From a virus (Duplodnaviria > Caudoviricetes): a stretch of DNA of 26,541 nt. Below are positions 22,001-26,541 of this stretch, piece after piece. A program made the position numbers and the translations under genes. The stretch covers positions 1-26,541 of IMG/VR virus record IMGVR_UViG_3300012953_000190; one strand, written 5' to 3'. Under the pieces are notes generated by a model. It did not search any database. It worked only from the letters and a program-made list of their open reading frames with translations, and was not told the origin of the DNA. Numbering within the stretch: position 1 is the stretch's first letter; each line of letters starts with the position of its first letter.

Positions 22001-22687
22001 CTCTTCTAAATTTAAAATATTAGGTGTTATACCATATAAAATATTAAAAAGTATTCTAAATGATTCCTCTGTTCCTTTTGTTTGATATAATGATCTTGCT
22101 TCACCTATAAATGTTCCAACATCTAGGTTTGATTGAAAATTAGTTTCTTCTAATCCTGGTAAAAATGTTTTCTTAAATTTTTTATAAAATTCTTTTAAAA
22201 ATAATGAACTTAAGTTTTGAACTGTGGATGATACTTCATGATCTTCTGCAGATGAGGAACTGAATACTAAGTCTTCTTTATTTGTATCCGAATGATAACT
22301 GGTAATACCACTAAAACCACGTTCACAACCTGTAAAAGTATTGGTTGTAATTCCAGTATAAGTTATTATCTCATTATCAATCTTTAACAAACCATATTGA
22401 TTTGGAAATCCCTTGGTACTACTAACTTCTATTGTTTTTGCACCAACAGTAGTAATACCAGATGTAGTGGCACTATCAACTATAACTTCTGGTGTTAAAT
22501 TAGTAACATTTAAATATTGATCTAAATTATCAATTAAATCACTTGAACTACCTTGAAATTCTTGAGAAATATAATATTGCTTTAAAAAATCAATCGTCTT
22601 TGGACTTTCATCCCGAATAAATTCTGGAAGTTGATTTGATAGTATATCACCTATTTTGACTTTACTTACAATCCCTGTTTGTATCAT
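10016..22687 (-). CDS. gp7: Giant baseplate wedge initiator, T4 gp7-like, with many inserted repeat domains
   Basis: Uninterrupted 4223-aa ORF between gp6 and gp8, with an ATGA overlap with gp6. Core-like motifs QLPEFIR...FLKQYY, SLYQTKGTEESFRILFNILYG and DNDYYQNMSYSIQS...ILHTSGMKNF. Confidence 0.8.
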   Translation of the reverse strand: MIQTGIVSKVKIGDILSNQLPEFIRDESPKTIDFLKQYYISQEFQGSSSDLIDNLDQYLNVTNLTPEVIVDSATTSGITTVGAKTIEVSSTKGFPNQYGLLKIDNEIITYTGITTNTFTGCERGFSGITSYHSDTNKEDLVFSSSSAEDHEVSSTVQNLSSLFLKEFYKKFKKTFLPGLEETNFQSNLDVGTFIGEARSLYQTKGTEESFRILFNILYGITPNILNLEERLIKPSSADYVRRRVCVAELLEGNPRKLQGQSLLKGLTGQTLFRSDLSIDVNASISEIEPFERRDSGLSGITTYYKIGLFVGYDESSDIAGDFVVVPNTKVIEKVSVGSSVITVDSTIGFGTAGTIISGINTIQYTDKTVNQFLNCTGVGVTINPIENIRSDVTYFGFEDGNLDNKVVLRLTGVLSEFEQSDIIDINEGELISVKNIGDKVENNKLSFKEIFCNSWIYNTSSSYFITNKESGEFTLGGTIDRSSLKEGDKVDIVNRESNTIVESSDTIYVNSITNNKVTLSDSSIIPDLLTEEDRSKYKLRKRLNKPNSSNTPIEFGSNALISDVQNVYTQDDIAYVASNSLPSFTAQPDQSNKFFNQITEQTKFVSVGFGTTSSASSGIATLTDVVDDDSFSSISFEIEVPFKNDDKIFYDSQGGSLVGLETGSYFVKLIDNKTFKLYGSPSAIGNGKNLTFKKNSDTSIHNFILFSQRSNEIGSQKLFKKFNLSENISNGDDDLTPVGQTGMLINGVEITNYKSADKIFFGPLSSVDLLNGGNNYDVINLPNITISNGIGTTALVQPVVVGKIEDVLVDPQNFDIDKVVSIGITGGNGTGCVLEPVIGTRFRKVFFSTEPKISTGSGINTISETITFIGDHNFADGEPIIYDSYSREPIKVVGVGTDRLVSGSVYYPKVQNSQTIELYENFQNYEAGSPKINFNVNSGLGDHIFKVGLRNSLLGVNVIDGGQNYTNRKLFVKPTGISSSTNLVTFNNHGFKDGELIEYSGNIVGLNTDNAYYVLKNDDNSFNLSDAGIGGTITSNYNRRKITSLESTGTGLQTFMFPDIKVFVNFDTLGIGTTTIPLKKTIVATPKVKGSIEQVYLYETGTGYGSTIINNHRKPLITLKQGKNAVLSPVIQNGEIIDVNIQNKGSEYFSTPDVIIEDPTGLGVGAQIRPIIVNQKLEDVIITNSGIGYSTSTNIKVKSTGTNALFDPNIRSLTINKNSGENFELLEESENKLKFSYVGYSTSPFKDGGDSVSELIGWSYDGNPIYGPFAFADPSNLPSNNVGKKRLESGYELITSNIIDRPNFDDGYFVEDYTFTNNGDLDKHNGRFEKTSEFPQGTYVYHATVDSNNKPTFPYFIGSNYRSKKIEHNFNNILQTKFDFNQGSILRNTFPYKVSDDFANNDFLVETNEINDQQMEITSVSSGSITGFNILNVGSDYKVDELLRFDSNNTGGSNLSAAISKVNGKSISNLNTTIEKIQNVILTWSENTITASTPNSHNFKSNDIISITGLTTDLSSLNDQVKIGINTLSSISISTITGSPSAGLTTEIFVSSVPSNISVGSSIGIGTETLKILNIYQDINVLTVERSSDPSFGTEHPKGSNINYISNQFTFSKLISKFESQVNKKIFFNPNQTVGVGTFDGTEHTVTFDFAGKNIIRNTPIREITLENHGLKTNQKLILSKPAGTNIAISTNNDPSTTFNIPTSLYAVNKSKDTIGIKTGLGANFNEVYFVSLTNGDNDKFLLETDFDQVTCDIEKINTVVSVSTSHSLETNDQIDLIVNPNLSVGIGTSTAVRISRDSETGFILVNPIGFNSTGINTITNSININNHELVTGDKVKYSSNLLPEGLSDKNYFTYKVDNDNIKLCETLIDATKNIPNVIGIGSTGGSSQLISKINPEIHSIKNNNLTFDLSDSSLSGYEFKLFYDEKFKNEFISDGKTDNFNVTGVGTVGIATTAILTIGYGTSLPKFLYYNLEKTGFISTTDVDVKNNSKIKFIDSEYNGLYNITKIDDTSFSLFLNKKPEKLSYTPAECDVIRYDTSSKNTSGGISQINIISGGSNYKELPNFVGVQESSIGRDAVIVPKSKTIGFVESVRIINEGFEYSSDKTLEPESLISPTIEIVNSQTLGIVSVTNGGSDYITAPNIIIVNSDNGQEIDSGFLEPVMLENSVLSVNINEIPVGLPANTVTLRTTNNTNGITILEVKSNAGASYTCKLATPQGQFSSNPFAVNDRVFVEGIEKISGIGSGFNSKDYGYNLLKVTGFDGNVAGFAEVTIDVSEYGSNNTGIAKTIVTSFANVINELDYPKFFITQNQSRFILGEELNVFRNNNLQSGKFKIVRSNIGNLKVFTKETLIVGDRVLGKISGSEADVSKVLNNKARLKTDFSSLKDVGWNNNIGKLSEDFQVISDNDYYQNMSYSIQSSVEWKDLRTSVNNILHTSGMKNFADTGITSTSNASIGSTESIDVTVDLEGVKRVDEIRSIDTVRDEDVLADNTTRKISFDNIRLSNFVSCNSNDVLIIDNINQEFSNLEGNPNKFIDLFEFGSQQVFKNLLIRVSSASGSSNRIQFSEFILLSNGSNNILLEKSKLINSGIGLTNSKESNFATFKLNEDNVTEIESFRFEPTSDPNSDIDYDLKIFTSEFNTDIDGVGSLAVGPIFLTSRIATCAANGTALIAAYNLTHGTGSNLFYESNYSSIHAIDTVDNSMNFIEAFVTNSGDDTFTAQAYADSGPNGLSLNQIGVVTSYITNIGSDPYMFVTFNNNSSNPVKVKSKNIGFGTVFIANDTYRFKSPNQLNGSERTSIYSGITSVNTGVSTFVSINSQLFNSVKSVVEVSIGASKAVHEITALHDGTNAYIQPSGSLSVTKNSNTEYDPSSGLGTFGASYSATHFKIEFHPDDSVGISTVVTLNHCFYTILDKENDPLTLTYGPITEDNTVQEYNAVEGDRVNKTEFDLKNNNVSIFSKNLNPSLASDVTLSTGKFNIPNHFFRENEELIYTPKSTFVGVGSTPMQFKNGSIIDTLPTTVFAKTVTKEAFFISTTRAGTAVTFTGVGEGNFHEFTMAKRNEKALISVDDTAQYPLIRTNVSHTLENNVGSQVGLTTTIINLSGISTISVNDLLKIDSEFVKVTNVGFATTNGSPVGTSGTFSLVEVERSFVGTVNSTHSDGTTIERFRGNYNIVGSKVFFTDPPRGNPNTSKDDSNLDTPRSDFNGRVYLRNNYGTNEIYDDISDQFTGITTTFTLKVGGANTVGLGSTGGSGILFVNGVFQSPSTVNNPSKNFKIIENGTGASGVSSVFFTGITSSDGSPFISNNNINLNELPRGGVPVSFGSTVTGLGYAPTVGAKVKALTDAGGAITSIVGVAYSGSALGIQTAIYNEVTGIMTVKTVNEHKFKNSNEEVLLGGLEFDCAPSYAGVTTTIFPDGTIGDKFPIVSIAATNVFGVKIGVSTIPHTYVGSGNAYPWFSGLRFGSGYNGLGTIDVNVKDFGYEHRFVSADINGVDKASGGDITAIDAEYDPVTGILIITSPSHGMSTNDLVLIKTGSVRFTCSRDDFKTIHGYPRSTDPIAGINTAITKINDDIFSVDAHVNVGTGAQISAVAGVGGTAIFTIDAAGSNYKDPEVFVSEPSYSNLAVTGVSRLGIGATTDTGSNLKVNVIVSASATTGIGSTLFEVSKYEIVNSGFGFKKGDVIEAVGLVTAKGMDSFSPKSTLSVDQIYSDSFAMWQFGEFDYIDSIKPLQDGVRTKFPLNLNNELISVEASANLISSVSIENIFLVTVNGIIQEPINAYTISGGTAINFSEPPSGESTPGKNDADDISILFYKGTGGVDSEVVEGRTSIIKTGDEVRIESFIDSLGNKIETQDNRTVTGIRTSTTLETNVYQNQGITDTVSRPLTLIRQKVDKTINKVFFSKKRSELEPRIIPNSKIIDDVIQSDSFFFVDNAEYFNYEEETPPIFTADLISGELTVGAAVTATVSAAGTISGFTITNGGSGYTYAPMIQVAAPVGGGTTAKGSTVANANGTVTVAGVFTAGSGYTNTNPPQCIIEKPPFKYENLTTTGITIAESTGIVTGISTTMFNTNLAITFTLKRSGADFNPIGVGDPVYIFDTNVGAGVTSLINGGENDAIVGTGTTFVDNIYQVASFTNNGDVGFVTCCIDSNTVTSGMSAVGFITAPVGKYSVGKISGFTRSSSPIVFNVRGLTVDSGLSTFPTLKRTGGSDTLAKTGGLITPS
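10604..10744. repeat. 15-nt exact direct repeat tgtgtaacctgaacc (10604-10618 and 10730-10744) encoding GSGYT twice in gp7
   Basis: Read directly from the sequence. Spacing is 126 nt (42 codons), in frame. Confidence 0.75.
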
Positions 22688-24603
22688 GTCCTAATTATAT
22701 TTCCGTTTGGATAACTTGATGAATAAAAATCTCTGGTAAACTGTACTCCAGAAACCTCATCACCAGACGAGATTACATCCCTAACCATATTTATCGAACT
22801 ATTTGAGATGTTTAATGAGATATATAAATCTTTCAAACCTACAACATCATTTGATCTTGGGAATGCTTGAACTTCAACAACATTATTTGGTTTAACTGTT
22901 GATGTAATATTAATTGTTGATACGTTTACTTCTCCCTTTTCATAATCTATTGATCCTGCAGAAGAAATTATATTTCCAATGGATCCATCACTTAAAATTT
23001 CAATAATTCTCAAAATTCCAGTTTTTAAATCTGCATTTGGAACATCTGACATGTAATATGTTCCAGTTTTTCCAAAAATACTAAAACCAGTTGATTTAAT
23101 GTTAAAACCATTCGGATCTATGTAAAATTTATTTCCAAAACACAATTCATACTGTGTAAATTGATTTACAGATGCCTGTAAATTTCTTCTCATACGAATT
23201 TTTGTAATATTTGATGTTATCCCCTGATCAGTGTCATCAATTACCTTCAATAGTTTACTATATTTCAATCTTCCACCAAATTGATTCAAATTGATTGATC
23301 TCGAATATTGATTTAGTGAATTTATGATTCCTGTCCTTAAAACATTGGGTGATGATACGAATGAATCATTGTAATATACATTTGAATCAAGTTCAATGTA
23401 TAAAATTTTTAAATCAACAATTTTTTGATTGATTCCCGAAATCGTATACTGTTTTAATTTTGATAATATTTGATTTTTTGAAAAATCTGATATTAAATCA
23501 CCATTTTTAGGTTTAATACTAATTACAACTGTACCAAACTCAGGTGGATCTAATTCCTCACCACCAATTACTGAAACGGACTCTGTATTTGGATATATTT
23601 TCTTAATTACTGCTTCATAGTCTCTTGATGTTACTGCTCTATTTTGTGATGAATAGGTAATTGGTGAAAAATATTTAATTGAGTCGATTGATTCAATATC
23701 TCCCCCATTTTGTGCTTTTTGGTTGGTAATTATTTCTGGGGTCGTAAATTGTACTCCTTCAATATTCCCATTTAATGAATTTATTTTTGTTAATCTACCA
23801 GAGAAAGAAAAATTAGTTGCACCATTACCACTTTTTCCATCTGTTGTAATATATTTGACTGTAATAGTATCTCCATCTTGATTTGCATTATTTCCAAGTT
23901 TTTTACCAAAATATCCGTCTCCAAACTTTAATTCATATCTTTCATCTTGAATTTCATTGATTAAATATATTTTTGAATCTGCATTTACATCAACTATATC
24001 ATTTACTAATGAATATTCAGTTCCATCACCAGTAGATTCAGATGGTTTAATATAAACTACAACTTTTGAAGTGTCAATAAATGAATTATCCAATATAAAT
24101 CTCTGGTCAAGTGATCCATCATACTTAAATGTTTTTTCAAGATAGGTTCCTTGGTATATATTGATATTTTCAAACTTTGCGACGTTATCTACAACGTTCG
24201 CAGTGATAGGTTCTACTATTACATATGTGTATGATTCATTCTCTACGTCACCAATACACACTGTACCTGGTTGTAAGGTGACCATACTTACATCACCAGT
24301 GATATTAACATCAAATGAGACCTGTGCGTTTGCTGCCGTTCTAGAACGTGGTCTGTATCCGATGTTTCCTGCCAAAGACACTACATTTTGTCTCAAAGTA
24401 GCAGAATCTAAGAAAGATTCGTTGACTGCCATGTTTGAGTTGAATGCTGTAACATAAGTATTATATGCTAACGTGTCAATTAAGACAGAAAAATTAGAAC
24501 CATCAAAGTCAAAGTCCGAAAAATTGGAATTTGCACGTAAGTAGTCCTTAATTGACGTTTTTATTTGATCGAAATCAAGATTTGTAAAGTTTGAGAAAGG
24601 CAT
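22684..24603 (-). CDS. gp6: Baseplate wedge subunit, T4 gp6-like
   Basis: 639 aa (T4 gp6 is 660 aa). Motifs LDFDQIK..IKDYL...FSDFDFDGSNFSVLIDTLAYNT, NESFLDSATLRQNVVSLA..IGY.P.S, YELKFGDG, GG..ESIDSIK...P....SQNRAVT..DY and GSIDYEKG. Confidence 0.93.
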   Translation of the reverse strand: MPFSNFTNLDFDQIKTSIKDYLRANSNFSDFDFDGSNFSVLIDTLAYNTYVTAFNSNMAVNESFLDSATLRQNVVSLAGNIGYRPRSRTAANAQVSFDVNITGDVSMVTLQPGTVCIGDVENESYTYVIVEPITANVVDNVAKFENINIYQGTYLEKTFKYDGSLDQRFILDNSFIDTSKVVVYIKPSESTGDGTEYSLVNDIVDVNADSKIYLINEIQDERYELKFGDGYFGKKLGNNANQDGDTITVKYITTDGKSGNGATNFSFSGRLTKINSLNGNIEGVQFTTPEIITNQKAQNGGDIESIDSIKYFSPITYSSQNRAVTSRDYEAVIKKIYPNTESVSVIGGEELDPPEFGTVVISIKPKNGDLISDFSKNQILSKLKQYTISGINQKIVDLKILYIELDSNVYYNDSFVSSPNVLRTGIINSLNQYSRSINLNQFGGRLKYSKLLKVIDDTDQGITSNITKIRMRRNLQASVNQFTQYELCFGNKFYIDPNGFNIKSTGFSIFGKTGTYYMSDVPNADLKTGILRIIEILSDGSIGNIISSAGSIDYEKGEVNVSTINITSTVKPNNVVEVQAFPRSNDVVGLKDLYISLNISNSSINMVRDVISSGDEVSGVQFTRDFYSSSYPNGNIIRT

Positions 24604-24604
24604 A

Positions 24605-25006
24605 TTACCTTGTTGCCTCTAATATAAATGAATATTCCTGAGTTGGGAACTCTAAACCGACAATATCATAGATTATGAAGACTTCGAACTGATTTGAATC
24701 AGGTTGTGGGTCAACTTCAACCCTTACATTATCAACTCTTGGTTCAAAATTTATGACTGAAGTCTTAATTTGCTCCTGAATTTCGTTTGCGGTACCAAAA
24801 TCAACAAAGTCGAAGAGACTTCGATACACATCTGATCCAAAATCAGGATTAAAAAACTTTTCAGTCGGTATTGTTTCGACAATATTACGCACAGAACGGT
24901 TAATTGACCTCTCATTCTTGAGAATTGGTAAATCTTTAGTAACTGGGTGGGGTTCAAACGATAAACTTATGTCTTTAAACGCTTTCGACACCCTTGTATT
25001 TGCCAT
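24605..25006 (-). CDS. gp25: Baseplate wedge subunit / sheath initiator, T4 gp25-like (GPW/gp25 family)
   Basis: 133 aa. Motifs FKDISLSF..HP.TKDL..LKNE.SI.RSVRNIV.T...EKFFNPDFGS and I...V.NFEPRV. Confidence 0.92.
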   Translation of the reverse strand: MANTRVSKAFKDISLSFEPHPVTKDLPILKNERSINRSVRNIVETIPTEKFFNPDFGSDVYRSLFDFVDFGTANEIQEQIKTSVINFEPRVDNVRVEVDPQPDSNQFEVFIIYDIVGLEFPTQEYSFILEATR

Positions 25007-25023
25007 GAACCAAGTTTTATATT

Positions 25024-25031
25024 TATTTATA
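25024..25031 (-). promoter_or_regulatory. T4-type late promoter TATAAATA for gp25-gp6-gp7
   Basis: Exact consensus (+ strand tatttata) 17 nt before the gp25 ATG, with an overlapping near-copy AATAAATA at 25020-25027. Confidence 0.8.
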
Positions 25032-25049
25032 CCATTTTTTTAGATATTT

Positions 25050-25181
25050 TTATTCACTTTCCTTTAAATATTGAGGTTTTACCTCTTCTTTCTCTTCAAA
25101 ATAGGCATCACCTTCATATTCACTGATTAATTTTCTACCAGATTGAATAAATTCATCACTTTTATCGACTTTGATTACCAT
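25050..25181 (-). CDS. Small acidic hypothetical protein (43 aa), not in the ORF track
   Basis: MVIKVDKSDEFIQSGRKLISEYEGDAYFEEKEEVKPQYLKESE*. AGGAG Shine-Dalgarno at 25192-25188, 6 nt before the ATG. It fills the gap between its neighbours. Confidence 0.75.
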   Translation of the reverse strand: MVIKVDKSDEFIQSGRKLISEYEGDAYFEEKEEVKPQYLKESE

Positions 25182-25201
25182 TTTTTTCTCCTATAATAAT
25201 T

Positions 25202-25209
25202 TATTTATC
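25202..25209 (-). promoter_or_regulatory. Possible late promoter (GATAAATA, 7/8 match) for the 43-aa ORF
   Basis: + strand tatttatc overlaps the TAA at 25205-25207 and lies 20 nt upstream of the ATG at 25181. Confidence 0.45.
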
Positions 25210-25987
25210 CTAATTCTGGTGCGTCATCTGTATTTTTTATAAAATCTGCAGTTATTGGTGCACCCATGCGTAGATCATCCACTAATTGGTCTCTATTTTT
25301 CATATTTGCTGTATTTCCTGCTCCAATATTAGTATCAACAGACCTTTCTTTGGCAGTTTTCCAAAAATAATTCTCTTCTGATCCTAATCCATCCCGATCA
25401 TGACCATTCTCCACCTGATAGTACACGGTTGATACTTTAAAGTCTGGAATCTTAGGTGTCTCAGGAGTGATACTGTTGTCATAGATCCTCATTCGGTTAT
25501 TTGGATAGAGACAAAACTGTCCGTTGTCTAATTCTAAGAGGTTATGAGACTTATGTTCGGCAGGTTGCTCACTGGTTGAGTAATCAATCGCATCAACATC
25601 AGAATGATAGTTGTCAAGAGTACATATGTACGTGCCAGTCTGATTGCCATAATCTCTTGTATAGACTTCATAGTGCATTGAACCGATAAACTGCTTCTGA
25701 ACAGCAACAACTCCATAGTCCATACAGTTCCAAAACTGTAGATTATGAAGTGTCATATCAGGATCAGGTATTTCTGGAGACGAGAGGAAAGCAGAAATAG
25801 GTAACTTATCGAACATTGCAGCATACTCAGGCAGATAAGTTTCAAAATAAAAGGCACGACCAGGTATACTCTTAGCTGATACCCAGACTCCTTTTACAAA
25901 TTCACCATGACCACTCTTATGGTCGGTCAAGTATTCCTTTCTTACCCATACATCATAAGATGGTAGATTGGTAATTAATGTAGACAT
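25205..25987 (-). CDS. Conserved hypothetical protein of marine phages, function unknown
   Basis: 260 aa, globular, rich in aromatic, His and Cys residues (NLP...VWVRKEYL.D...GHGEF, DKLPISAF, LQFWNCMDY, YICTLD, EHKSHN, NGQFCLYPNNR). Recalled as a cyanophage conserved unknown, not verified. Confidence 0.8.
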   Translation of the reverse strand: MSTLITNLPSYDVWVRKEYLTDHKSGHGEFVKGVWVSAKSIPGRAFYFETYLPEYAAMFDKLPISAFLSSPEIPDPDMTLHNLQFWNCMDYGVVAVQKQFIGSMHYEVYTRDYGNQTGTYICTLDNYHSDVDAIDYSTSEQPAEHKSHNLLELDNGQFCLYPNNRMRIYDNSITPETPKIPDFKVSTVYYQVENGHDRDGLGSEENYFWKTAKERSVDTNIGAGNTANMKNRDQLVDDLRMGAPITADFIKNTDDAPELG

Positions 25988-26003
25988 TTTAAGTAGTTTA
26001 TTT

Positions 26004-26541
26004 TTAACCGATAGCAGTTAGTGTTAATGTTGGCATACTGAACATATCAGTTCCAGAACCATCCCAGTGACTTGTTGTATGAATTTTCGTCTCATAAGCA
26101 CTAGTATATTCTCTTGCTTGCATTTTTAATACGAGAGCTGAATTCCAATTTGCACGGGCACCAGTGTTAGTATCAGCACTTCCACCGATTTTAATTGGCC
26201 ATTCAAAAATAGCACGGTTTTGATAATTATCTGCTCTGTGAGTATGTCTTGCATATACAACTTCAGTACCATCAATAAAAAATTTATAGTGACTAATAGG
26301 ATCAGCATCCGTTTCCGCAATCATCCAACAGAATCTGTATATTACGGTATTAGTTCCAGCTGGAGGTTGATATGTAATTGATGAACCATTTACATCAACA
26401 TAAGAAGTGGTTAAATTCTGAACTGCAGTTACGTTTTGATAAGTTAATGTTCCATTTGCCGAGGTGACTGTACCACCATCACATGGACGTGAAAGTAGTT
26501 CTTGAACGGTATTTCCACCACCTGATGAAGAAACACCTCCA
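26004..26541 (-). CDS. Partial CDS (starts beyond the window), C-terminal domain of a probable fibre/receptor-binding protein
   Basis: The frame of track ORF 26004..26324 stays open to the window end: GGVSSSGGGNTVQELLSRPCDGGTVTSANGTLTYQNVTAVQNLTTSYVDVNGSSITYQPPAGTNTVIYRFCW-MIAETD... A Gly/Ser linker precedes a beta-rich domain ending PTLTLTAIG. Confidence 0.7.
   Translation of the reverse strand, partial: GGVSSSGGGNTVQELLSRPCDGGTVTSANGTLTYQNVTAVQNLTTSYVDVNGSSITYQPPAGTNTVIYRFCWMIAETDADPISHYKFFIDGTEVVYARHTHRADNYQNRAIFEWPIKIGGSADTNTGARANWNSALVLKMQAREYTSAYETKIHTTSHWDGSGTDMFSMPTLTLTAIG

Noticed and set aside
986-22687. Inteins, introns, homing endonucleases or stop-codon recoding as an explanation for the giant ORFs
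   Set aside because: I noticed no intein splice-junction, LAGLIDADG, HNH or GIY-YIG motifs. The ORFs are continuous in the standard code and their size is explained by repeat modules.
24605-25006. 'Lysozyme' activity often attached to gp25-family annotations
   Set aside because: gp25 is a structural sheath-initiating subunit, and nothing in the sequence supports catalytic activity.
3082-25689. Short + strand ORFs (e.g. 3198-3464, 4935-5204, 9305-9577, 10044-10298, 12777-13028, 15138-15437, 24161-24457, 25501-25689)
   Set aside because: All lie antisense within long conserved genes, are under 100 aa, often begin at non-ATG codons and show no recognisable motifs. They are shadow ORFs produced by codon bias.
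10504-26320. Out-of-frame - strand ORFs 10504-10710, 24751-24957, 25534-25716 and 26126-26320
   Set aside because: Nested in real genes, with Leu-rich alternative-frame composition and no initiation signals noticed.
1-26541. CRISPR array, tRNA/ncRNA, diversity-generating retroelement, intrinsic terminators
   Set aside because: Intergenic gaps are under 50 nt. I saw no regularly spaced nucleotide repeats, reverse transcriptase, long near-identical repeat pair, or GC-rich hairpin followed by a U-tract. Manual reading could miss weak signals.

Overview
AT-rich, gene-dense segment of a T4-like myovirus, most similar in style to large marine cyanophages of the Prochlorococcus phage P-SSM2 type (inferred from remembered motifs, no search run). 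All credible genes are on the - strand and form a late baseplate/tail module. In transcription order: the 3' end of a fibre-like gene, a conserved 260-aa hypothetical protein, an unlisted 43-aa ORF, gp25, gp6, a giant 4223-aa gp7, gp8, a 2464-aa VrlC/DUF4815-like structural protein, two small proteins, and the 5' start of a fibre-like gene missing from the ORF track. Two perfect T4 late promoters (TATAAATA) lie before gp25 and gp8. I see no RNA genes, CRISPR array, mobile element or clearly new multi-gene system. The most interesting signals are inside the proteins: a nested gp7 whose core is split around about 2200 aa of inserts, a YHYH-like domain broken into three pieces, several repeat families, and a pervasive G-[IVLF]-[GST]-[TS] motif.
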